Made by a program: the position numbers and the translations under genes. A stretch of DNA of 64,000 bases. Source: Candidatus Micrarchaeota archaeon. Lineage in GTDB: Archaea > Micrarchaeota > Micrarchaeia > Micrarchaeales > CABMGC01. Below the pieces are notes generated by a model. The model was not told the DNA's origin. It worked only from the letters and a program-made list of their open reading frames with translations, and did not search any database. The stretch is taken from positions 3,271-67,270 of the forward strand of contig JAJZNA010000009.1 of NCBI GenBank assembly GCA_021848065.1. The letters are read 5' to 3'. Of the stretch, positions 17,317 to 27,217 are shown one piece after another. Each line of letters begins with the position of its first letter. Positions within the stretch are counted from its first letter, which is position 1.

Positions 17317-18276
17317 TCATCTCAGCAGCGAGGCAGTTATTATCACTACGTAGGCGCCGACCAGAAGGAAGCTCTCCTTATACGTTATTCTTCCTCGCAG
17401 TATCATGCCCATTGCGATCAGGTTTACTGCAATGACCATTATGAACTCGAACTCAGCCCCGCCAAGACCTACCGGTGCTGATGCAAGTATGCCTATGAGG
17501 CCTATGAGCATCGTATTGTTCTGGAGCTTGCTCCCTATGAAGCTCACTATGGCGGTCGATCCGCCTGCGGCATTCTTTGTCGCTATCCTATAGCCGCTTA
17601 TGTTCTCGTCCATATCTGCTGCAATCGGGGAGACCACCAAGGCCAGCCATAATGCAGATATCCCAAGAAGCGAAGATACCTCGGATATCAGCACTACGAA
17701 TGTATCTGATATGCCCAGGGCTATTAGGGTACCTAGCGCAAGGTATGCAAGGCCCTTCATCAGCTCCTTCCTTCCCTTGGCACTAGACGCATGCACCTTT
17801 ATCGCATCCTTGGCCCTTGTGTATCTGTACACCAGGTATCCAAAATATACAAGTAGCAGCACTGATCCTGACATTATGTTAAGTGTCCCGTATAGCAGGA
17901 GGAAGAGAAGCAGGAGCGTGGAGAACAGTAAAAATCGAATCTCGATCTTGTAGTCCTCCTTCATGGCTATGGGCTTCTTCCACTTCAGCGTGTATGCTAT
18001 GCCTATCGCTCCCATCCCAAGCGTGAATAGTATGAGATTGCCGCCTATCGCGGACCCTATGGCTACGCTGTACGACCCTTTCAGTGTGGCTATCACCACG
18101 AACATGGTTTCCGGCAGGGCTCCGGCAAGCCCGAGTACGACCCCACCGGCCATTCCCTGGCCTATGAGGGGCTCGAGCTTCTCTATGCCCTTTGCCACGA
18201 ATTCAGCAGCGATGCCAAAGCCTATTATGACTGCTATTATCTCAAGGACAATCGCATCGAGCTGAAGCATGCTCAC
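17317..18276 (-). CDS. Ca2+/cation antiporter (CaCA/YrbG-like) membrane protein
   Basis: About 10 TM segments. Alpha-repeat-like motif GALPETMFVVIA, with a second repeat in the C-terminal half. Confidence 0.55.
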   Translation of the reverse strand: MSMLQLDAIVLEIIAVIIGFGIAAEFVAKGIEKLEPLIGQGMAGGVVLGLAGALPETMFVVIATLKGSYSVAIGSAIGGNLILFTLGMGAIGIAYTLKWKKPIAMKEDYKIEIRFLLFSTLLLLFLLLYGTLNIMSGSVLLLVYFGYLVYRYTRAKDAIKVHASSAKGRKELMKGLAYLALGTLIALGISDTFVVLISEVSSLLGISALWLALVVSPIAADMDENISGYRIATKNAAGGSTAIVSFIGSKLQNNTMLIGLIGILASAPVGLGGAEFEFIMVIAVNLIAMGMILRGRITYKESFLLVGAYVVIITASLLR

Positions 18277-18281
18277 TAATT

Positions 18282-18851
18282 GTGCAGGAAAGCTTAAATC
18301 TTAGCATTGCAATAGCTATCTTGCGGTCGATTGGCTTGGTAAATCCGATACTATTCATAGCAGCCGTAGTGGTCATATCACTACTGATCTACGCTACGTA
18401 CACGCTTCTCCCTCATGGGCTTCCTCAGGCACACCTTCCATCGGCTCCGAATCTGGAGGAGCAGGCAGCCACGGCAGCCGCAGGCCAGAGCAATGCCACT
18501 GTAAATTCATTGCCTTCGCAAAGGCATGACCTTATCTTTATCTATGAGACCGACATGAACGGCACAAGGCCAGACCACGCCATAACTCCATCAAACATAA
18601 CTGTCGCATACGGATCCAATGTTACTCTCTTTATAACAAACAACGGAATAGTGCCCCACGGACTTGAAATAATAGGCCCCGGATTCAACGTAAGCCTTCC
18701 CGAGATGATACTCCCAGGGGAGAATGCAACGCTAAACTTCACTGCGCCGCCTCCAGGCAATTATACCATATTTTCACAGAGATCTGGTGACATGGCGCTG
18801 GGCATGCATGCAAACATGACTTCAGTAGCCACTTGCCAATATTCCTGCTGA
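18282..18851 (+). CDS. Signal-anchored cupredoxin-like domain protein (type-1 Cu Cys ligand absent)
   Basis: N-terminal TM. The cupredoxin-like strand pattern ITVAYGSNVTLFITNNGIVPHGLEI...GNYTIFSQRSGDMALGMHANM has Ser where the Cys ligand is expected. Confidence 0.5.
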   Translation: MQESLNLSIAIAILRSIGLVNPILFIAAVVVISLLIYATYTLLPHGLPQAHLPSAPNLEEQAATAAAGQSNATVNSLPSQRHDLIFIYETDMNGTRPDHAITPSNITVAYGSNVTLFITNNGIVPHGLEIIGPGFNVSLPEMILPGENATLNFTAPPPGNYTIFSQRSGDMALGMHANMTSVATCQYSC

Positions 18852-18857
18852 ATCCCC

Positions 18858-19403
18858 TCACTTGAAAATTCCTGCAATAAGAAGCGCGGCAAGGCATGAC
18901 GTCGTATGCCATTTGCCTCCAGCTATCTGCTTACGCACCTCCTCAAGGCCCAGGAGCCCAATGCTGCGTATGGTCTCCGTCTCCTCATGGCTTGTCTTAC
19001 CTATCTTCCTTATTCCATCAGCCCTCACTACATATCCCTTGTGCATGTCCTTTGTGGAGTAATCTGATAGCCTGCCCATGTACCTAAACCTTCCCCCTCC
19101 ATACCCCGTCTCCTCAAGGAGCTCCCTGCGCGCAGCATCCACTGGCTTTTCCCCGCGCCCTATAAACCCTCCGGGGATCACATGGTCGAAGCCTCCGTAT
19201 CCGTGCTTGTATTCTTCCAGCACCAATAGCCTGTTTTTGCTGTCAGTGGCCACTACCACCACGTAGTCCGGCTTCTTAACAAGCGAATAATCCTCTATGA
19301 CCGTCCCGTCCGGAAGCCGTACCTTGTCCATGTACACATCAAGGTACTTGGACTTGAGCACCCTGCGATGCTTGAGCACTTTCCATTTGCCAGAGCCATC
19401 CAT
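18858..19403 (-). CDS. NUDIX hydrolase (ADP-ribose pyrophosphatase-like)
   Basis: Nudix box GGFIGRGEKPVDAARRELLEETGY. Confidence 0.8.
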   Translation of the reverse strand: MDGSGKWKVLKHRRVLKSKYLDVYMDKVRLPDGTVIEDYSLVKKPDYVVVVATDSKNRLLVLEEYKHGYGGFDHVIPGGFIGRGEKPVDAARRELLEETGYGGGRFRYMGRLSDYSTKDMHKGYVVRADGIRKIGKTSHEETETIRSIGLLGLEEVRKQIAGGKWHTTSCLAALLIAGIFK

Positions 19404-19552
19404 ACCTGCACCTATCCTATCTGAACTGTCATGTATAAATCAGCTATCTACAGCTTCTGCAAGCCTATCCCAGGTACCTATTGCAGAGGTTGACGAGCTA
19501 AAGGTACCTGCCATAAAGAAGAACTAAAGCAGAGGTAAGGAACACGCCAAAC

Positions 19553-19927
19553 CTAAATCAAGGTAATTTGTAGTTCTGGAAAGAGTTTTTTTATTTCTTT
19601 GAAATCATGATCCTTTGTATATAACCTAAGCCTGTTCACAATCGCCGAGGACGCTATATACACATCATTTTCATTTACTAATTTTCCGGATTTTTTGAGT
19701 TTAGTAAATATCTCAGACGCCTTCAATATTATGGGATTGGAGAAATTAATTGTTTCAAAGGCCCCTTCTAGCAGCAACTTTTGTTCTTCTGCATTGTTTT
19801 TGTATCTTACATATTCGTATATGCTTATAACACTCAAATAGCACTCGCTTTCAAGCAGGCCTTTGTCTCCTTTCCTATCAAATATGTCTATCAGCATACT
19901 GGTATCTAGGAGAATTCTCTCGGCCAT
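19553..19927 (-). CDS. vapC: PIN-domain toxin VapC
   Basis: ILLDTSMLIDIF N-terminus (first acidic residue of the PIN domain). 124 aa. Its start overlaps the upstream antitoxin gene by 22 nt. Confidence 0.75.
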   Translation of the reverse strand: MAERILLDTSMLIDIFDRKGDKGLLESECYLSVISIYEYVRYKNNAEEQKLLLEGAFETINFSNPIILKASEIFTKLKKSGKLVNENDVYIASSAIVNRLRLYTKDHDFKEIKKLFPELQITLI

Positions 19928-20145
19928 CCATACACCTTCCTATCCTTAAGCAATTCCTCTACAGTAACTTTGCTTTCTTTTTCGTTTACTGCAAATAGCT
20001 TCTTTAGGGATAGTTGCTTGAGAAGTTTCTTATAGTTAGCAATTAGCTTATCCAGTGCCTCATCCATATTTTTCGTATTAAGATCTTCCTTAAGCTCCAG
20101 CAACTCGTCATATGTGGAATTTGATACCGCTATAGTTTTTACCAT
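19906..20145 (-). CDS. vapB: VapB-type antitoxin
   Basis: 79-aa protein immediately upstream of vapC and overlapping it. The N-terminal beta-strand MVKTIAVSNSTYDEL is typical of small DNA-binding antitoxins. Confidence 0.6.
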   Translation of the reverse strand: MVKTIAVSNSTYDELLELKEDLNTKNMDEALDKLIANYKKLLKQLSLKKLFAVNEKESKVTVEELLKDRKVYGWPREFS

Positions 20146-20150
20146 ATTCT

Positions 20151-20183
20151 CTATAAATTTATAGATTTATAAATTTATAAATC
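20151..20183. promoter_or_regulatory. Tandem palindromes / TATA region upstream of vapB (candidate operator)
   Basis: CTATAAATTTATAG (20151-20164) and the perfect 20-bp palindrome GATTTATAAATTTATAAATC (20164-20183) begin 6 nt upstream of the vapB start. The spacing fits a leaderless transcript. Confidence 0.4.
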
Positions 20184-20378
20184 TTTACTAACCTGAAAAT
20201 ATGTGTTATGCACCATAACAATAGAGAGAATAAAGCCGCTGTCAACTCAACAGCTACGTATAAATAAAAAGCCTGTTGCGTCTACGAATTTCAATTCTAT
20301 TGCCATATCCTTAGGTTACTCCATAGAGATTATGGCTGGCAGGCCGTATTGCGTTGCCACCTATTTTGCCTTCATATA

Positions 20379-20449
20379 TGGGGGTAAGGAGAATTGAACT
20401 CCTGCCCGCAGAATGTCAATCTGCTATCCTACCACTAGACGATACCCCC
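20379..20449 (-). tRNA. tRNA-Val (anticodon GAC)
   Basis: Folded by hand on the minus strand: acceptor GGGGGTA/TACCCCC, D-arm GTCT-AGTGGTA-GGAT, anticodon arm GCAGA-TTGACAT-TCTGC, T-arm AGGAG-TTCAATT-CTCCT, discriminator A. CCA is not encoded. Confidence 0.9.
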
Positions 20450-20466
20450 AGCGAATTACATAAGGT

Positions 20467-21363
20467 CTAAACAATTATATTATCTCCGTCCGATGCGACT
20501 CTGCTTTCCTTAAATGCTTTCTTGGCATCGTCCTCGAGCTTCTTGACGTTGCTGTACCTTGCGCTTATATGTGTAAGCACAAGCCTCTTAACCTTAGCCT
20601 TCTTAGCCACCGTAGCCGCCTCGAATGCTGTTGAGTGCATTCTCTCCTTTGCAAGCTCCACGTCCTCCTCTGCGTAAGAAGACTCGTGTATGAGCAGGTC
20701 GGCATCTCCAGCAGCCTTCACAGTATCACTTGAAGGGCGCGTATCAGCTGCATAAGCTATCTTCTTTCCCTTTACCAGGCTCGTGACGTCTTCCAGTTTG
20801 ACGGTCTTCTTACCTATGACAAGGCTCCCATTCTTCTGGATCGATGAATGCATCTCTCCTTTTATCCCGAGTTTGGCGGTCTTGGACACTATAAACCTTC
20901 TTCTATCGTCTTCTTTGAAGACATATCCGTACGCAGGTATGCTATGCTTCAGCTTGAATGACTTTATCGAATAGCCATTGCCTTTGTACACTACCCCAGA
21001 TGAACCAACGCCTATGACCTCTATGCTATATTCCAGAAGCGCCCTGTCGAACGAGAGCAGCATCTTTATCACGCTCTCGTACCCTTTTGGTATGAATATC
21101 TTCAGAGGCTCTGTGCGCCTGTTCATCCCAAGTGTCCTAACTAGGCCCGCCACGCCTATCACGTGGTCTCCATGCGCATGGCTTATGAATATGGCCTTGA
21201 GCTTGGAGAAGTTCACCCCGTACCTGAGCATCTGCAGCTGCGCGCTCTCCCCGCAGTCAAAAAGTATCAGGTCGCCTTCGTATTTAATCGCTATTGAGGG
21301 CATCGACCTCTCCTTTGTGGGCGACGAACCTGCAGTGCCTAGCATCACTATATTCACGTCCAT
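20467..21363 (-). CDS. rnz: Ribonuclease Z
   Basis: Metallo-beta-lactamase motif ISHAHGDH within the RNase Z N-terminal pattern MLGTAGSSPTKERSMPSIAI..LFDCGE. Confidence 0.9.
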   Translation of the reverse strand: MDVNIVMLGTAGSSPTKERSMPSIAIKYEGDLILFDCGESAQLQMLRYGVNFSKLKAIFISHAHGDHVIGVAGLVRTLGMNRRTEPLKIFIPKGYESVIKMLLSFDRALLEYSIEVIGVGSSGVVYKGNGYSIKSFKLKHSIPAYGYVFKEDDRRRFIVSKTAKLGIKGEMHSSIQKNGSLVIGKKTVKLEDVTSLVKGKKIAYAADTRPSSDTVKAAGDADLLIHESSYAEEDVELAKERMHSTAFEAATVAKKAKVKRLVLTHISARYSNVKKLEDDAKKAFKESRVASDGDNIIV

Positions 21364-21366
21364 CTT

Positions 21367-22488
21367 CTACAACTCGAGCGTTATCTTTTTATCCTTAAGG
21401 TTTATCTTTCCTATCCTCATCTCGGGAAATGCCTTCCTGACCTCATCAATAGTGGCTCTCTTGTTCTGCTGCATGTAATATATCACCGCATTTACCGCAT
21501 TCATGTTCTCGAATATGCTCCTGGCCGTGAGGTTAGCATTTACCGACTCCGTTTCGAACTGCACAACCAGGTTTCTCTGTTTTTCTATTGTTGCATTCAG
21601 TTCTTCAAGCTCCTTGTTTGGCGCCTCATCCTCGCGCATGGCATGCCTGGCGCCTATGTGTGCCTCATCAAGCGCTTCGCATAGGGTGTCAAACTCCTTT
21701 CTCTCAAGCCCGGAATACTTGGACAACGCAACCAATGAATAGTCGACAATGCTGCCCCCTTCCATATACACCAATGGCCTGCAGCCTGGCAGGCTCCTTA
21801 AGAAGGCCAGGAATGCCTCTCCAAGCCTTGCCGCATCCTCACGCGAAAGTGCAGACTTGGGATCCAGGCCTGCGCCGCGTATAATCTCGTCAAGGTACAG
21901 TGGCCCTATGTTTATGTGCCTTGATATCTCTACAATCATCTTGGACTTTGATGCACATACCTTGTCCATTATCTCTAGAATTCCGTTATCGTCAAGTCCG
22001 TAGATGTCGACGCTATCTCCTTTAGGGAATACGTAGTCGAACCCAGGCCTTACCGATCTCTCCCTGTAATTTATCTGCATGCTGCATAGCTCTATCTTGC
22101 CGGACTCGTTCAGTATGACCAGATTGCCCTTACCGAACATCTCAAGCAGCATCCTGTATTTGCCTTCGCGTGTGCTGAACTCTAACACCGCTATGCGGTC
22201 AGACCCATGCTGGTACACCCCTACCACTTTCGAGTCCTCTATCCTCTTCCTGACGGCCATTGCGAACTTTGTAGCCTCCCCAACCTCTTCCTTGAAGCTC
22301 GTCTTGTTCAGGGTCACGAGCAGCTTGCAGTAAACCTCCACGTTGCCGTCCTGATTATGGAACGACATCCTGAAAGCACCATCCCCTAGGTCGTAGAACT
22401 TCTTCAGGAAGCTGCCTTCGAGCACCGGCTTGAGCTCGCGCAGAGCCACTCCCAGCTCCAGCGCAGTTATCTCATGCATGCGGATCAA
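21367..22488 (-). CDS. NFACT-family protein (Rqc2/NEMF/FbpA N-terminal homologue), short form
   Basis: NFACT-N-like N-terminus (ITALELGVALRELKPVLEGSFLKKFYD), a central helical/coiled-coil part, and no obvious C-terminal NFACT-R domain at 373 aa. Confidence 0.55.
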   Translation of the reverse strand: MIRMHEITALELGVALRELKPVLEGSFLKKFYDLGDGAFRMSFHNQDGNVEVYCKLLVTLNKTSFKEEVGEATKFAMAVRKRIEDSKVVGVYQHGSDRIAVLEFSTREGKYRMLLEMFGKGNLVILNESGKIELCSMQINYRERSVRPGFDYVFPKGDSVDIYGLDDNGILEIMDKVCASKSKMIVEISRHINIGPLYLDEIIRGAGLDPKSALSREDAARLGEAFLAFLRSLPGCRPLVYMEGGSIVDYSLVALSKYSGLERKEFDTLCEALDEAHIGARHAMREDEAPNKELEELNATIEKQRNLVVQFETESVNANLTARSIFENMNAVNAVIYYMQQNKRATIDEVRKAFPEMRIGKINLKDKKITLEL

Positions 22489-22493
22489 AACGA

Positions 22494-23315
22494 CTATTGT
22501 TTGCCAACTTTCTTTAAGCCTTCCTCACGTATGGCCTTTGAGAAGAGCTCTGCCTGCTTCCTGGCGGCTGATGACTGCTCTATGCTTGTGCCTATCTGGA
22601 TTATGTCCGCGCCGCTCTTTATGGCCTTTCTTGCATCGGCATCAGTCCTTATCCCTCCACCTACAATATATGGCACGTCTATGGAAGCCTTCACTGCAGC
22701 TATCATCTCTGCCGATATGGGGCCTTGTCCCTGCATCTGCGGGTTCGATCCCGTGTCGGTGACTATGAACCTATTGCCTAGATACTGCCCTGCGAGCGCA
22801 AGCGCCGCAGCTATCTTGGACTTTTCCCTGGGAACCAAGTTGACGTCCCCTACCCATCCTACAGTTCCACCCGGGGCGACCACTATGTATCCCACCGGAA
22901 GGGGCTCGACGCCAAGATGCTTCACTACCGGTGCTGAAAGCATCTGCGCATGGGTTATCCAGTAAGGCGTCCTTGCGTTCAGGAGGGACATGAAGTATAG
23001 CGCATCGGCATATTTGGTGAGTGTCGCTATGTTTCCCGGAAACAAGACTACCGGTGAAGAAACTGAATCCTTTATGCCTTTGGTAACGTAATCCAGCAAC
23101 TCTCCCTGCGCCCCTATGCTACCTCCCACCAGGATGAGGTCCGCGCCTCCTTCGGCCGCCTCCCTGGCTGTCTTTATCGCCATTTCCGGCGTTTTGTAAT
23201 CGACAGGGTCTACCAGCATGAACATCAGTGCGCCCTTGTCTTCAAGCCTCTCGTATATGTACTTCTCAGTCTTACCTACTTTCATCTGCATGTGATCACA
23301 TTTATCATGATTCAT
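22494..23315 (-). CDS. Geranylgeranylglyceryl phosphate synthase (PcrB/GGGPS family)
   Basis: TIM-barrel PcrB motifs LVDPV, GGADLILVGGS, YIVGGGIR. Its start overlaps the upstream stop as ATGA. Confidence 0.85.
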   Translation of the reverse strand: MNHDKCDHMQMKVGKTEKYIYERLEDKGALMFMLVDPVDYKTPEMAIKTAREAAEGGADLILVGGSIGAQGELLDYVTKGIKDSVSSPVVLFPGNIATLTKYADALYFMSLLNARTPYWITHAQMLSAPVVKHLGVEPLPVGYIVVAPGGTVGWVGDVNLVPREKSKIAAALALAGQYLGNRFIVTDTGSNPQMQGQGPISAEMIAAVKASIDVPYIVGGGIRTDADARKAIKSGADIIQIGTSIEQSSAARKQAELFSKAIREEGLKKVGKQ

Positions 23316-24298
23316 TTCATCTTGGCGAGGAATTCTTCTATAAGCGCCGCACCGCCTTTGGCTATGTCTACCTTCGGCTTGAATCCAAGCTCCCTCCTGG
23401 CCTTGCTTATGTCTACGAGCCTGTTAGACATTATGAACCTCAGCTCATCGCTGTCAAGGTTTCTCCTCTTTGCCAGCAGCTTCACTACCAACGGGCTTAT
23501 GTGCCTTGCAGGCCTCTCCACCTTGAGCATGTCTGCTATTAGGTCCAGGAGCTGCTCTTGGGTGTATGCAACTCCATCGCTTATATTGTATATTCCTGAT
23601 GTACCCGTGCCGCTCTCCATGGCGAGCATGTACGCTGAGACTACGTCGTCTATGTGCACCAGCGATAGGTGGTTGCTGCCATTGCCGATTATGTAAGCCT
23701 TGCCCTCCTTCACTGCCCTGAACATCTTGAAGTATGATGCTGCGAACTCGCTTCCGTATATCGCCGATGTCCTCATTATCGTATATCTTATCTTTCCAGA
23801 GTGCCTCTCTATCTCCTTCTCCGCAAGCGCTTTGCTGTGCCCGTACTTGTCCGTAGGCGCAAGCCTAGACTCTTCCGTAAGCACGTCCTCCCTGTCCTTT
23901 CCGTATACATCTACCGAGCTGGAGAATATAATGTGTGGCACTTTGTTGGAGATACTGGCTTCGACTACGTTGGCAGTGCCTTTCACGTTTACGCGCATTA
24001 TGTCCCTGGTGCTTGCCCTGTGTTCGCTCACTATGGCAGCGAGGTGGAACACCGTGTCCACGCCATCGAATGCCTCATCAAGCATTTTTCTGTCGTTTAT
24101 ATCCCCAACGTACGGTATGACCCCGCTAGGCATCCTGCCCATGAAGTCCTTTGTTTCGGAAAGCGTCCTTACTGTGTATCCCTTTTCCACGAGGGAACGC
24201 ACAAGGCATCTCCCGACCCGTCCCGCACCTCCTGTAACGAACACCGTCTTGGAATCGGAGTTTCTGCTGTATGTAGATCCGGCTTTAAAATGGGCCAT
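23312..24298 (-). CDS. NAD-dependent epimerase/dehydratase (SDR family)
   Basis: Rossmann motif VFVTGGAGRVG and catalytic YGHSK. Start set at ATG 24298 (MAHFKAG), which overlaps the upstream stop as TAATG. Confidence 0.8.
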   Translation of the reverse strand: MAHFKAGSTYSRNSDSKTVFVTGGAGRVGRCLVRSLVEKGYTVRTLSETKDFMGRMPSGVIPYVGDINDRKMLDEAFDGVDTVFHLAAIVSEHRASTRDIMRVNVKGTANVVEASISNKVPHIIFSSSVDVYGKDREDVLTEESRLAPTDKYGHSKALAEKEIERHSGKIRYTIMRTSAIYGSEFAASYFKMFRAVKEGKAYIIGNGSNHLSLVHIDDVVSAYMLAMESGTGTSGIYNISDGVAYTQEQLLDLIADMLKVERPARHISPLVVKLLAKRRNLDSDELRFIMSNRLVDISKARRELGFKPKVDIAKGGAALIEEFLAKMK

Positions 24299-25092
24299 TA
24301 AGCCACCCTTTCCTTGAGTAATTTTCCTGCTACGAACCTCATGTACCCTTCGGGTACATTGTTCATGGCATATCTGATCCAATCCTTTCCGAACGGGACG
24401 AGAACGCTCACATCCACCCCTTTCTTGGACGCCCTCTTTATCTTCCTATCGCCATAGCCTAACTCAAACGCTATGCTTCCAGTGCGCTTGGACCTTACTA
24501 TGTATCTCATAATGCTGCTGTCAAAAGAGGAAAGTACGAGGTTGTCCACACTCTTCCTGACCTCAGCTACTCTCCTCTGCAGTTCCTTCCTGTCGTACTC
24601 GTAATCCTTGAATGACATCTTCAGGAAATTTATCCTCGGCCCGGATCTTATATATTCGTCTATTCTGGCCACGTTTATGGCAAGGCCGACTCCCTCCAGC
24701 TTAGAAAGCTTAAGCGCATTGTGCACGCTTGCGTTATTGGGGTCTATCCACATGAATACCCCGTACTTTCCTGCAGATTCAGCCACAGCCATTGCGTTGC
24801 CTACTGCAAGCTCTTCGTCGAACTCAGAGCCTAGCTGCTCAAGGCGCACGTGCATGCTGGATTTTATCCCGGATCTTGATATGCGCCTGGCTAGCTCAGA
24901 ATACGCTGTTGCATTGTACCTAGCCTTGGACTTGTCTAAAACATTCCCGCTAAGGAAGGTTATTGATGATGGGATATTGGAACTGTTAAGCTCCCTGGCG
25001 GCCTCAAGTGCCGAATCCATTGTCGTGCCAGCGATGTGTTTGCGTATCAGTTTGTGTAGAATGCTCTCTACGAAAGATTCATGATCCTCCAA
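24298..25092 (-). CDS. Proline dehydrogenase-family FAD oxidoreductase (short archaeal type)
   Basis: The HIAGTTMDSALEAARELN N-terminal pattern and the C-terminal VLVPFGKDWIRY motif resemble PutA-type ProDH barrels. Confidence 0.5.
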   Translation of the reverse strand: MEDHESFVESILHKLIRKHIAGTTMDSALEAARELNSSNIPSSITFLSGNVLDKSKARYNATAYSELARRISRSGIKSSMHVRLEQLGSEFDEELAVGNAMAVAESAGKYGVFMWIDPNNASVHNALKLSKLEGVGLAINVARIDEYIRSGPRINFLKMSFKDYEYDRKELQRRVAEVRKSVDNLVLSSFDSSIMRYIVRSKRTGSIAFELGYGDRKIKRASKKGVDVSVLVPFGKDWIRYAMNNVPEGYMRFVAGKLLKERVA

Positions 25093-25160
25093 TTAAAACA
25101 CTGATCAAAACGATTTGAACGTTCAGCTTATTAAACCTGACCCAAACCACTTCTCCCACA

Positions 25161-25838
25161 TCAAATCCTGGCCAGCATTTTAATTGCCTCCTCCTTTCCA
25201 GGGCCGGCTATATCTGGTATCACTGCGACCTGTAACGCTTCGTCCCAGTAGGTGCCAACATACACTATGTTCCTCACGCTCGCCTGGAAGCTCATCCTGC
25301 CTATAAAGTTTATGCTTGCAAGGGCATGCGTATAGCCTGCCCGCGACAGGAATCTCGCGCCAGGGGCCTCGCTGTCAACTTCCTCGCCATGCGGCACCCC
25401 TGTCAGTGTGTCCGCCATATACCATCCTTCCCTTCTTGGATAACCCTCTACAACATAAATTGCAGAAGCTTTCAGCACATTCCCATCGACTGCATAGTGC
25501 CCAGGCTCCAGGACGAGGGCAAGGCCCTCCACTCCAAGGTATTTTCTTGGTACATGAAATTCGACCATGAGCCGTTCATCCCCGAATGGACCTTCGTGCT
25601 GCACAACTTCTGGCAACATTCCACCAGTATCATGCCCGCCTGTTATTACTATGCTTCCGGTCCATAGCTTCAAGCCCTGCCCTTTCTCACCAGCAAGCCC
25701 GCGCGCCTGTATTTCCCTATCCGCCTCCCTGTTTGTTGCAAATCTAACCAGGTGTGCCAGTCTTGCTATCTTATGCGGCGATGCCTCTATATCTCCGTGC
25801 CATAGCTTCACATGCGTATCTGCACGTTCCATGTGCAT
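25161..25838 (-). CDS. Hypothetical protein
   Basis: 225-aa ORF that fills the gap between flanking genes. No motif recognised. Confidence 0.45.
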   Translation of the reverse strand: MHMERADTHVKLWHGDIEASPHKIARLAHLVRFATNREADREIQARGLAGEKGQGLKLWTGSIVITGGHDTGGMLPEVVQHEGPFGDERLMVEFHVPRKYLGVEGLALVLEPGHYAVDGNVLKASAIYVVEGYPRREGWYMADTLTGVPHGEEVDSEAPGARFLSRAGYTHALASINFIGRMSFQASVRNIVYVGTYWDEALQVAVIPDIAGPGKEEAIKMLARI

Positions 25839-25960
25839 CCTTACCCTATACCTATACCTCCTCGCACCCTTTTAAACCGAACCTTCAAACTTCCACACGC
25901 ACACGCCAACTATTAATAAGATATTTGGCAATTACTCAATTTGCATAAAGGCGGCGACAT

Positions 25961-27217
25961 ATGTTAACCCTATCAAAATCAAAAGGCACCGGCGGAGTGG
26001 TAAAGTCATCACCAGAAGACTTCATTGTAAATGAGATAACTTCGCATGGGCATGCACTAGTTACTGGACAGAAGTATGCAGCATCCGACCTTGATGAGGA
26101 AGAAATAACTGACGGAAAGTTCACCACATTCGTGCTACAGAAGAGGAACTGGGATACTGTGGGGGCACTGATAAGGATATCAAAATTGACAGGGCACGGA
26201 AAGAAGTCCATAGGCTATGCCGGTACTAAGGATAGACAATCAGTATCCACGCAGCTTGCATCCATATATGGCGTCGAGCCTGAGAGGCTCCTGGGGATAA
26301 GGCTAAAGGACGTCTCCATAAATGGGGCCTGGAGATCCAATGGCGTCGAGCTCGGGAGCAACATTGGGAACTCCTTTTCTGTAAAGATCCACGAATGCAA
26401 GCCGCAGGGCGCCGAAGACGTGCTGGAGGAGCTTGGTGGAATGGCGCCAAATTACTTCGACAGGCAGCGCTTTGGCATGAGGCTGAATAACTTCGCCGTC
26501 GGCATGCACATACTAAAGGGCGATTTCAATGCAGCACTGATGGAATTCCTCACAGATACGAACCTGGAGACCAACGAGGACGCCATCTCCGCAAGGAACA
26601 AGCTGGCAGAGACACGTGCGTTCGGAGAGGCCCTGGCATACTTCCCCAGGTATCTAAAGAACGAGCGAATGGCTATAGAGTACATGTCAAGATATGACAA
26701 TCCGGCAAATGCCCTGCGAAGGCTCCCCAGAGGCGTACTTATGATGTTTATACACTCGGTGCAATCTTACCTCTTCAATGCCTCTCTCGAGGCGAGGATA
26801 GCTGATGGGGATCTAAGCTCCAATGTTATGTGCGGCCGTAATGCCTACGGGTTCCCTGATGCAGGCGCTGTGGCATCCTCCGGAGACTTCGCAATGGGAA
26901 GCATACCTGGTTATGAGACCAAGCCAGATACACTCAAAGAGTACGAGAAGGACCGCATTGACGACCTTGGAATAACTCTGGAGAGCTTCAAGATAAAATC
27001 CATGCCAGAGCTCAGCATGCGCGGTTCGTACCGCACGCTCCTCACTCCTGTAAAAGACATATCCCATTCGTCGGAAGGGAGCACCCTCATGCTTAACTTC
27101 TCCATACCTAGCGGGTCCTATGCAACGATATTCCTCAATGAGATAACGAAGTCCGACTCCTTTTCAGTTTCCGAAATACCTGCAGTATATGAAAAATCTC
27201 TGCGCGACCTGCGATGA
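25961..27217 (+). CDS. truD: tRNA pseudouridine(13) synthase TruD/Pus7
   Basis: PEDFIVNEI N-terminus and the catalytic motif GYAGTKDRQSVSTQ. Confidence 0.85.
   Translation: MLTLSKSKGTGGVVKSSPEDFIVNEITSHGHALVTGQKYAASDLDEEEITDGKFTTFVLQKRNWDTVGALIRISKLTGHGKKSIGYAGTKDRQSVSTQLASIYGVEPERLLGIRLKDVSINGAWRSNGVELGSNIGNSFSVKIHECKPQGAEDVLEELGGMAPNYFDRQRFGMRLNNFAVGMHILKGDFNAALMEFLTDTNLETNEDAISARNKLAETRAFGEALAYFPRYLKNERMAIEYMSRYDNPANALRRLPRGVLMMFIHSVQSYLFNASLEARIADGDLSSNVMCGRNAYGFPDAGAVASSGDFAMGSIPGYETKPDTLKEYEKDRIDDLGITLESFKIKSMPELSMRGSYRTLLTPVKDISHSSEGSTLMLNFSIPSGSYATIFLNEITKSDSFSVSEIPAVYEKSLRDLR

Noticed and set aside
19531-19546. Possible att-type direct repeat of the tRNA-Val 3' end (shared GGTAAGGA) on the far side of vapBC.
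   Set aside because: Only 8 contiguous matching nucleotides (about 11 of 14), which is within chance expectation. No integrase is present.
20203-20397. 64-aa plus-strand ORF.
   Set aside because: It overlaps the hand-folded tRNA-Val and AT-rich intergenic sequence. No coding signal.
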